A DNA stretch of 43,466 nucleotides from a virus: IMG/VR virus record IMGVR_UViG_3300045988_091197; one strand, given 5' to 3'. The position numbers were made by a program, and so were the translations under genes. How positions within the stretch are numbered: position 1 is the stretch's first letter; every line of letters begins with the position of its first letter. The notes beneath the pieces were generated by a model. It was not told where the DNA came from, made no database searches, and saw only the letters and a list, made by a program, of their open reading frames with translations. Positions 27,633-33,405 of the stretch are shown in pieces.

Positions 27633-28073
27633 ATGTCCTGTAACTCTAGATTTAAGAATGCCCACTACAAGAGCGCGCAGAACGCGTACAACAACACGCC
27701 ACAGACCTTTGTAGCGGCGGGTACGCCGGTTAATGTGCTGGGCATCCTCAACACCGACACCGGCTGTTCGCTCGATACCGTAGCCGGTGGCTTCGTGGTC
27801 AATAACAGTGGCCTTTACCGGATCAGCTACGACGTAGTGTTCACCGCAGACGGCGCGGGCATCGCAGAGCTGAAAGCACTCAAAGATACCGTCTCGCTCC
27901 CGTGCGCCGACGCGCAAGTGACGACCGTGGCCGGCAACACCTACACACTGCACGTCGAGACTACCGTATACATCGCCGCATGCTGCAACGGAACGCCGAC
28001 AATAAGCGCGGCTCTGGGCGGTGTCGCGGGCACTATCAACCACGTCTGCGCATGCATGGTCAAGCTCGCGTGA
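27633..28073 (+). CDS. C1q/TNF-like jelly-roll protein resembling the BclA C-terminal domain, without a collagen stalk
   Basis: AAAGGAG RBS; 146 aa. The pattern ...GGFVVNNSGLYRISYDVVF...TYTLHVETTVYI... resembles the BclA_C/C1q fold signature. Confidence 0.5.
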   Translation: MSCNSRFKNAHYKSAQNAYNNTPQTFVAAGTPVNVLGILNTDTGCSLDTVAGGFVVNNSGLYRISYDVVFTADGAGIAELKALKDTVSLPCADAQVTTVAGNTYTLHVETTVYIAACCNGTPTISAALGGVAGTINHVCACMVKLA

Positions 28074-28083
28074 GGTGAGCGCC

Positions 28084-28392
28084 ATGAAAGAGATCAAATG
28101 TTTGTACACCAACATCCGCGACGAGATGGAGGATGCTGAGAAATACGCGAACCTTGCCCTCAAGTATAAGGACGGGGATCGTGAGCTTGCCGACACCTTC
28201 GAAAATCTCTCCAAGCAGGAAGTGACCCATGCTGAGGCACTACACGCCGAAGCGGTACGCCTGATAAAGGATTACCGCAGCAGAAACGGGGAGCCGCCGG
28301 AGGGCATGAAAGCCGTGTACGACTGGGAACATGAGCGCATGATCGGCGATATGGCGGACGTTAAGCGGCTGCATGAGCTGTACCGAGGGTAA
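28084..28392 (+). CDS. Small ferritin/rubrerythrin-like helical protein
   Basis: 102 aa. DEMEDAEKY...SKQEVTHAEALH contains a di-iron-type E...ExxH pattern. ATG 28084 follows GAGGTGAG. Confidence 0.5.
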   Translation: MKEIKCLYTNIRDEMEDAEKYANLALKYKDGDRELADTFENLSKQEVTHAEALHAEAVRLIKDYRSRNGEPPEGMKAVYDWEHERMIGDMADVKRLHELYRG

Positions 28393-28418
28393 AGACGAAA
28401 AGCGGCGAGCTGCAAGCA

Positions 28419-28441
28419 TGTAGGCTACGATGTAGGCTACG
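28419..28441 (+). repeat. Two tandem copies of TGTAGGCTACG (candidate integrase arm-type sites, one side of attP)
   Basis: Copies at 28419-28429 and 28431-28441. The same 11-mer family recurs at 28672, 28684 and 28751. Confidence 0.6.
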
Positions 28442-28525
28442 CAACAGAACTTTGCAGAACTCAACGGAGTCTATCAGCGTATATGGCCGGTTGAGACAAG
28501 CGAATATTTTAAACTTAGGCAAAGA

Positions 28526-28570
28526 AAAAGTACCAAGAATCAGTCGCTTTTGATTGATTCTTGGTACTTT
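28526..28570 (-). terminator. Perfect 17-bp hairpin abutting the tRNA fragment 3-prime end. It is a minus-strand terminator of the tRNA-like segment and may also terminate the plus-strand cargo operon.
   Basis: aaaagtaccaagaatca (12-nt loop) tgattcttggtactttt. A T-run follows on the minus strand (tttttcttt). Confidence 0.7.
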
Positions 28571-28635
28571 TGGCGCAGAAGGAGGGATTTGAACCCTCGC
28601 GCGCTTTTTACACGCCTACTCCCTTAGCAGGGGAA
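28571..28635 (-). tRNA. Partial tRNA-Ser(GCU), anticodon arm through CCA only; probable attP core
   Basis: The reverse complement reads TTCCC-CTGCTAA-GGGAG, a long variable arm, GAGGG-TTCAAAT-CCCTC, then CTTCTGC-G-CCA. No 5-prime acceptor strand or D-arm is present upstream. Confidence 0.85.
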
Positions 28636-28671
28636 ATAAAAACCTTGATTTATCAATACTTTGCGGGTTTT

Positions 28672-28694
28672 TGTAGGCTATGTTGTAAGCTACG
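28672..28694 (+). repeat. Two tandem degenerate copies of the arm-type repeat (TGTAGGCTATG, TGTAAGCTACG)
   Basis: Same 12-nt spacing and orientation as 28419-28441, on the opposite side of the tRNA fragment. Confidence 0.55.
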
Positions 28695-28736
28695 CGACAG
28701 CGTCCAACGGAACTTTATGGGTCTTAAAATGGCCTG

Positions 28737-28770
28737 AATTCCCCGAAATTTGTAGGCTACGCGGGGAATT
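28737..28770. repeat. Fifth arm-type copy (TGTAGGCTACG, 28751-28761) framed by the 9-bp inverted repeat AATTCCCCG/CGGGGAATT
   Basis: Read directly from the sequence. It lies just downstream of the integrase stop codon on the minus strand. Confidence 0.5.
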
Positions 28771-28787
28771 TTCGCGCTGAAATAATA

Positions 28788-29906
28788 TCATTCCTTGCCG
28801 CCTTTGTCAAGGACATTGATAGCAGCGTGGGCACTCTGCATATCGGGATGAATATAGCGCTGGGTGGTCGTAAACTTGGTATGCCGCATGATCTCCTGTA
28901 TCACGCTGGGCGCAGTCTTGGCGAGCGCCAGCGCCGTCGCCGTGGTATGGCGGCACGAGTACGGCGGCAGATCGCGCACCTTTGCCCTGGCGAGGGCGGC
29001 GTGATACTCGGTATAAAAATTATCCGAGTTCATGCCGACGATGCGCCCCTTCTTGCTGCTCACGTTGGCGAGGATATCCTGCACGAGCGGTTCGAGCCAG
29101 TCGGGATAAATCAGCGGTGTTGATTTGCGCTTCTTGGTTTTCAGGCCGCAGCCGATGATCTCGTGCGTATCGGTGTGTATCATGTCGGCCGTGCAGCGCA
29201 GCAGCTCACCGGGCATCATGCCGCTGTATATCATCAGCAGCGGGAAGCGCATAAACAAGTCACCGTTGTCGTAGGCCGTCCACAACGCATTTATCTCATC
29301 CTCTGCAAACGGCTTTTGCTCTGTTTCAGCAAGCGGCGGCAGTTCGACAAACTCTGCGAGATTTGTTCGCGCCTGCCCTTCGGCGACGGCGCGCTTGTAT
29401 AGCTTGCGAAGCATGGTTTTCATGTCCTTCGCGGGATAGTACGTATCAGTTTGCGAATCCACGCAGCTTTGCAGATTATCTATTGTAAGCTCCGCTACGG
29501 GTACATTTTTGATGGAGTCTAGCCGACGCCATGCGATATCATGCGCACACTGCTTGGAGCTGCCGAGCTTATCGTATGCGCCGCTCTTTTCCCACCATCT
29601 GTGGTAGTCTCTGAGCGTAGGCCGGTACACCTGCTTCGGCGCGGTTTCTGTGGGATTGGCCGCAAAGGCGAGCGCGGCGGTTTTAGATGGGAAGCCTCCC
29701 TTCGTTCCGCGCCGCTGGTGCAGGCTGCCGGACGCATCAACAAACGTGTCAATTGTCCATTGCGCAGTCCACGTCCTGCCACGCCGGTACGCCGTGCCCT
29801 GCCCGTTCCCTCGCCCCCTACGCGGCTGCGCGTTTTGCCGCGCCCCGCAGAACATGCAAAATGCGCTTATATCCGGTATTTCTTTTCTGCACTTACGGCA
29901 TATCAT
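28788..29906 (-). CDS. int: Tyrosine integrase with an N-terminal CxxC...CxxC zinc ribbon
   Basis: The gene starts MICRKCRKEIPDISAFCMFCG and overlaps the upstream gene by ATGA. Catalytic contexts ...YSCRHTTAT... and ...HTKFTTTQRYIH are present. It is adjacent to the tRNA-fragment attP. Confidence 0.85.
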   Translation of the reverse strand: MICRKCRKEIPDISAFCMFCGARQNAQPRRGRGNGQGTAYRRGRTWTAQWTIDTFVDASGSLHQRRGTKGGFPSKTAALAFAANPTETAPKQVYRPTLRDYHRWWEKSGAYDKLGSSKQCAHDIAWRRLDSIKNVPVAELTIDNLQSCVDSQTDTYYPAKDMKTMLRKLYKRAVAEGQARTNLAEFVELPPLAETEQKPFAEDEINALWTAYDNGDLFMRFPLLMIYSGMMPGELLRCTADMIHTDTHEIIGCGLKTKKRKSTPLIYPDWLEPLVQDILANVSSKKGRIVGMNSDNFYTEYHAALARAKVRDLPPYSCRHTTATALALAKTAPSVIQEIMRHTKFTTTQRYIHPDMQSAHAAINVLDKGGKE

Positions 29907-30451
29907 TTTCTTAACATCCTCAGGGCGTACACCATGACACACACGGCGGCAACGACTATCAAACCAAAAATAACGGCAAGGGCGCTTGACCTGGCGGACT
30001 GAAAAAGCCCCGCCGTTACAAGCTGGGCATCCCACACCATATACGAAATTAAACACACGAGCAGCAGGGCGCAGACAGCTAAAAGCGCGTATACGACAGG
30101 CCTGCGGCTTGCAAGCTGCGCTTTGAGCATGGCGTTGACCTCTTCGAGCCGCTTGACGTCTCCGGCCTGACGGACATTATCCATTTCAAGCTCATGCACG
30201 GCGGCGAGGTCTGACGCGGGGCAAAGCCCGCACAGTTCATCCAGAGACAAGCCGAGGGTATCACATATCGCTGCCTGCTCAAATAGCTTTGGGTTTGGCG
30301 CTGTATCGGCGCTCTGGGTGGCTATAGCAGAGTATGATACGCCGGACTGCTCCGACAATTCGGCGAGGGAAAGGCGTCGGTCATTACGCGCGTCGGTTAC
30401 TTTACGATTATAGCTGTCAAAGTACGGGATAAGACGCTGGTACGGGGTCAT
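29903..30451 (-). CDS. XRE-family HTH protein with two C-terminal transmembrane helices, translationally coupled to int
   Basis: GGGAG RBS upstream of ATG 30451. HTH sequence LSLAELSEQSGVSYSAIATQ. TM segments VVYALLAVCALLLVCLISYMVW and ALAVIFGLIVVAAVCVMVYAL. Confidence 0.75.
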   Translation of the reverse strand: MTPYQRLIPYFDSYNRKVTDARNDRRLSLAELSEQSGVSYSAIATQSADTAPNPKLFEQAAICDTLGLSLDELCGLCPASDLAAVHELEMDNVRQAGDVKRLEEVNAMLKAQLASRRPVVYALLAVCALLLVCLISYMVWDAQLVTAGLFQSARSSALAVIFGLIVVAAVCVMVYALRMLRK

Positions 30452-30649
30452 TTCACACACTCCCAAAAGTTTTATTTGTTCCTGGCAACGGGGAAAAGGC
30501 CTTTTGCCGCAGGCCGAGACGACATCTCAAAACCGGGCGTGGACTATGCCGGGCGCAGATGTTAGGCTATAAGCGTAGCAGATAAGTCGGTTTACAAGGT
30601 ATCTGTTACATGCCCCGGCGGAGGCTGGCACCAATGCCGGGGCGCGTTT

Positions 30650-31369
30650 TTACGATAAGGAAACCACGACCAGAATACAGAGCAGCGTGAAGACTATTAA
30701 AAAGACTATCAGGGCAGTCCAGCCCTCGTCTAGTTTCTGGCGAGAATGCTTTTCAGGTTGAAACCTCGGCGCTTCCGGGGGCTTCTCGCCAAATATGCCT
30801 CGGTAGTCTATCTCGTGGGGAACATCCCGATAACATATGTGAACGTTTGACGGCTGGCTTTCTCGCGGCCTGACTGGAGCAGGGGCGGGTTTCACGGGCT
30901 GCGCCGCGCTTTTATCACTCGGCGTAGAGAGCCACTTGTGAAACAACACACCGCCGATAAATGCGGCGACTACGGAGATGATCCAGCCAACCTTCACGTA
31001 GCTTTGCTGAGGCTCCTCTGTGGAGGAACCAACGCGCTCAAAGGCTGCGGACTCCACAGCTGCTTGATAAAGCTCCGGATTCGCTGTAACTACCACATGG
31101 CCGCCTGACGCAATTGCGCGACTCGGAGTCGGCGCGGGCGTAGCTTTTGCAACATACGTATAGGGGCAGTCGAGCACACCATCACCGTCTATATCATAGT
31201 GGTCGTGCGCTGGGTAGCCGTGATGGTAGTGGTATTCGCCGGTTGCGGTAACGTAATGCCCGCCGTTACTGTCAGTTCTGCCCGGATGGGCGAAAGCAAT
31301 TGACGACAGCGCACAAGCGGCGGCAAAGACGCAACAGGCGAATATGAGAAGCTTTTGAACCATTTTCAC
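30650..31369 (-). CDS. Secreted or membrane-anchored YHYH-domain protein
   Basis: Signal-peptide-like N-terminus, the motif HPGRTDSNGGHYVTATGEYHYHHG, a Pro-rich linker and two C-terminal TM segments. AGGAG precedes the GTG start. Confidence 0.7.
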   Translation of the reverse strand: MKMVQKLLIFACCVFAAACALSSIAFAHPGRTDSNGGHYVTATGEYHYHHGYPAHDHYDIDGDGVLDCPYTYVAKATPAPTPSRAIASGGHVVVTANPELYQAAVESAAFERVGSSTEEPQQSYVKVGWIISVVAAFIGGVLFHKWLSTPSDKSAAQPVKPAPAPVRPRESQPSNVHICYRDVPHEIDYRGIFGEKPPEAPRFQPEKHSRQKLDEGWTALIVFLIVFTLLCILVVVSLS

Positions 31370-31395
31370 ACTTTCGCCACTCCTCTTATACGTAT

Positions 31396-31722
31396 TTACC
31401 GATTACGGGAGAAGAGGGCAAGCAGCATGGGAAGAAGCTGGGTGAAAAAATACAGCGCGAAGCAGATGTAAAACACGAGTATCCAGCCGTTGAACGGCAT
31501 CGACAGGGCGCGGAAGAAACCCCATACATATAAAATAAGCTGGATTATGCCGCCAACGGTCGGCGCAAACGTAGCGACGGCGACGATGGCCACGGTAATG
31601 AACAAGCCGAAGTTGAAAACGGTAAGCAGCGGGGCGAAGGTATAGACCAGCGAAAGCACATACCAGACCGCAATACCGGCGCCGCCAAGCGCAGTTACAA
31701 GTTTATCTCGCAATGTGTTCAT
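31396..31722 (-). CDS. Small polytopic membrane protein (3-4 TM), function unknown
   Basis: 108 aa, almost entirely hydrophobic helices. It lies in the lysogeny module. Confidence 0.65.
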   Translation of the reverse strand: MNTLRDKLVTALGGAGIAVWYVLSLVYTFAPLLTVFNFGLFITVAIVAVATFAPTVGGIIQLILYVWGFFRALSMPFNGWILVFYICFALYFFTQLLPMLLALFSRNR

Positions 31723-31863
31723 GAAAAGTCCTCCTTTTGTTCACAGATTATACATATTTTAACACGAATAACCGGTATATTCCATACTGGTTTTCCGGTT
31801 CTACGTTTTTTACAAATAAAATGCACCAAAATAATGCAAAATGACGATAAACGGGGGGAAAAC

Positions 31864-31974
31864 ATGGAGAACGAACGGGAAATACTGATTGCGGAGCTTG
31901 AAAAGCTGGCGGAGAAGCTGACATACGAACAGCTGAGGTCGGTGTACATCTTCACACTTCAAAAAACAAAATAA
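31864..31974 (+). CDS. Possible 36-aa ORF convergent with the repressor gene
   Basis: Sequence MENEREILIAELEKLAEKLTYEQLRSVYIFTLQKTK, with a G-rich RBS-like tract upstream. It ends immediately before the bidirectional hairpin. Confidence 0.3.
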   Translation: MENEREILIAELEKLAEKLTYEQLRSVYIFTLQKTK

Positions 31975-31979
31975 GCGGG

Positions 31980-32019
31980 AACAAGCCCGATACGGAAATC
32001 ACTCCGTATCGGGCTTGTT
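31980..32019. terminator. Bidirectional terminator, perfect 16-bp stem
   Basis: aacaagcccgatacgg (8-nt loop) ccgtatcgggcttgtt, with T-rich flanks on both strands. It overlaps the last codons of the repressor gene. Confidence 0.75.
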
Positions 32020-32382
32020 TAGTTTATCGGCAAGTCTTCGGAACACTGCGGAGAGCTCCTTCCACTCTTCGACAGTGGTCTCGGCCATAAATTCAATGAG
32101 CAGCTGCTCAAGGTCTGAGCGCCGCCCGTCCGAAAGCTCGGAAAGATAAGCGTCTATGGCATCACGGCGCGACTTCTCCGCGAAGGGCTTTCCCACGCCG
32201 GTACGCAGCCACACCTCATCTACATTATATACTCGGCAGATATCCGCTATTGTGCGGTCGCTGGGGTCGCGCTGGCCTATTTCCATCATGGCTATATAGT
32301 TGCGAGACAAACCAAGAGCGGCGGCGAACGCTGATTGCGTTAGACCAGCCGTCTGGCGGACTTGTTTTATACGCTCGTTCAT
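31999..32382 (-). CDS. CI-like repressor (XRE HTH)
   Basis: ACAGGAGGTGATAAT precedes ATG 32382. HTH sequence LTQSAFAAALGLSRNYIAMMEIGQR. 127 aa, divergent from the early operon. Confidence 0.8.
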   Translation of the reverse strand: MNERIKQVRQTAGLTQSAFAAALGLSRNYIAMMEIGQRDPSDRTIADICRVYNVDEVWLRTGVGKPFAEKSRRDAIDAYLSELSDGRRSDLEQLLIEFMAETTVEEWKELSAVFRRLADKLNKPDTE

Positions 32383-32406
32383 ATTATCACCTCCTGTTGC
32401 GCTTAT

Positions 32407-32435
32407 ATAATAAACCAGTTTGCTAACGTTGTCAA
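32407..32435 (-). promoter_or_regulatory. Leftward (repressor) promoter: TTGACA, 17 nt, TATTAT
   Basis: The -35 is the reverse complement of 32430-32435 and the -10 is the reverse complement of 32407-32412. It shares the 10-bp motif TTGACAACGT with the rightward promoter. Confidence 0.55.
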
Positions 32436-32465
32436 TAAAAATTTCAGAAAGATGTAAAATAACTG

Positions 32466-32494
32466 TTGACAACGTGACGCAAGTGTGCTATTGT
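32466..32494 (+). promoter_or_regulatory. Rightward (early) promoter: TTGACA, 17 nt, TATTGT
   Basis: -35 at 32466-32471 and -10 at 32489-32494. ACGTTGTCAA (32426-32435) and TTGACAACGT (32466-32475) form a perfect inverted repeat. Confidence 0.55.
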
Positions 32495-32544
32495 TTGTAC
32501 ACAGAGTTAGCAAGCAAGTCAACAAACACACGAGAGGAGAACAC

Positions 32545-32910
32545 ATGAAAGCAGTCAAGAAACCGTTTGTCGGTCAGTTGGTACAGGTTCCCGCATTTGA
32601 ATTTGCCCCGATGCGTTCTGGTCGGAACGGTTGGATTTTCAGGGTTGGCGTTATTGAAAAGCTGTACATTTCCAAGAGCGGGAGAAAATGCGCAAAGGTG
32701 CGCTATTGCACCAGACGCGCCGGACGGTATCAGCTTCTTCCTTGCACCGAGTATTCCAAAGGCTTTGTTATCGAAAATGTATTCCAGTGGGACAATCTGG
32801 CACTTGTGCAAAGCACTTATTCTGATTTAAAAGCTGTAGAGGACAGCGGTGAGCCGGTTTGCTGGGACGAAGATACCGCGTTTCTGCTCCAAAACGGATA
32901 TATCCACTAA
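32545..32910 (+). CDS. First early gene, in the position of cro but with no recognisable HTH; function unknown
   Basis: GAGAGGAG RBS upstream of ATG 32545; 121 aa. Confidence 0.65.
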   Translation: MKAVKKPFVGQLVQVPAFEFAPMRSGRNGWIFRVGVIEKLYISKSGRKCAKVRYCTRRAGRYQLLPCTEYSKGFVIENVFQWDNLALVQSTYSDLKAVEDSGEPVCWDEDTAFLLQNGYIH

Positions 32911-32934
32911 AAAACCGGGGCTTATCACATAAGC

Positions 32935-33305
32935 TGTGCGCATGGCGCGGTAGGGTGGGCGGCAGAGAAAGCGAGCGGGGCTGTAACCTCCGCAGGCTTC
33001 CTCTGCACAGGCTCCCAATCGGCCGCAGGCGCTCAATACGGCTCAATTTACAGCCGTCCCGCGGGCGAATTGTGCGGGGTGGGCTGAGGGGCAGCGTCAA
33101 CCAATGAGCGCATCCTGTTACAGCAGGGGCTTAGGCCGATTCCGTTCTTTCAGTGTGCGAGCTTCGCGGGCTTTACTCTCCCGCGAACTGAGAACGAGTC
33201 ACCGGGAGCAACAGGAAGGGCGACATTACGGAAGAAATAATCTCTCCCATAAGCATCACCTCCTTTCACTCCGGAGCAAGCCCATCCTATCACGCCATGC
33301 GCACA
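32935..33305 (+). ncRNA. Candidate structured RNA or inverted-repeat-bounded element (about 371 nt) with no credible ORF
   Basis: 32935-32960 pairs with 33280-33305: 23 Watson-Crick pairs, 2 G-U pairs that are valid only for plus-strand RNA, and 1 mismatch. Several internal hairpins are present, for example 32962-33006, 33039-33056 and 33163-33187. Confidence 0.4.
33173..33250 (-). CDS. 25-codon mini-ORF (MGEIISSVMSPFLLLPVTRSQFAGE) with an extended Shine-Dalgarno sequence
   Basis: The minus strand reads TGAAAGGAGGTGAT, an 8-nt spacer, then ATG 33250. A candidate promoter and an upstream terminator lie on the same strand. Confidence 0.35.
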   Translation of the reverse strand: MGEIISSVMSPFLLLPVTRSQFAGE

Positions 33306-33312
33306 GAGTCAA
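33284..33312 (-). promoter_or_regulatory. Candidate minus-strand promoter TTGACT, 17 nt, TAGGAT upstream of the mini-ORF
   Basis: The -35 is the reverse complement of 33307-33312 and the -10 is the reverse complement of 33284-33289. Confidence 0.35.
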
Positions 33313-33314
33313 AC

Positions 33315-33338
33315 AAAAAACGGGGCTTATGCGCCCCG
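33315..33338 (-). terminator. Minus-strand terminator-like hairpin (CGGGGC/GCCCCG plus T6)
   Basis: The plus strand reads aaaaaa cggggc ttatgc gccccg. A related copy, aaaaaaccggggcttat, lies at 32909-32925. Confidence 0.45.
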
Positions 33339-33405
33339 CCTTAATGCAGCCGAGGACGGTCACAAGCCCGTGTGAAATGCAGAGTGAGGACAAGGAGGTG
33401 AAACA

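Noticed and set aside
28571-28635. A complete, functional tRNA-Ser gene.
   Set aside because: Only the anticodon arm through CCA is present. The sequence where the D-arm and 5-prime acceptor strand should be (28636-28670, minus strand) does not pair with the acceptor 3-prime strand.
29907-30056. A 50-codon N-terminal extension of the integrase. The same issue applies to the extended starts at 3556 (scaffold), 5789, 9050, 11008, 24201, 25580, 28021, 32472, 32485, 34506, 35242 and 41398.
   Set aside because: The extensions overlap upstream genes or terminators and lack an RBS. Each internal start that was chosen has an AGGAGG-type RBS or an ATGA coupling.
30612-30649. The GC hairpin gccccggc...gccggggc downstream of the YHYH gene as a rho-independent terminator for that gene.
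   Set aside because: The T-run follows the hairpin on the plus strand, not on the minus strand where the gene lies. It may still act as an RNA-stability hairpin, but I cannot support a terminator call.
31719-31955. 78-aa minus-strand ORF upstream of the membrane-protein gene.
   Set aside because: It is AT-rich promoter-like sequence giving a Ser/Phe/Ile-rich product, with no RBS. It overlaps the more plausible short plus-strand ORF and the terminator region.
32935-33305. A retron msr-msd, suggested because the non-coding element is flanked by inverted repeats.
   Set aside because: There is no reverse transcriptase gene anywhere in the window, and the downstream ORFs are small HTH or unknown proteins. 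I also saw no hammerhead, RNase P, tmRNA, 6S or SRP signatures by eye.
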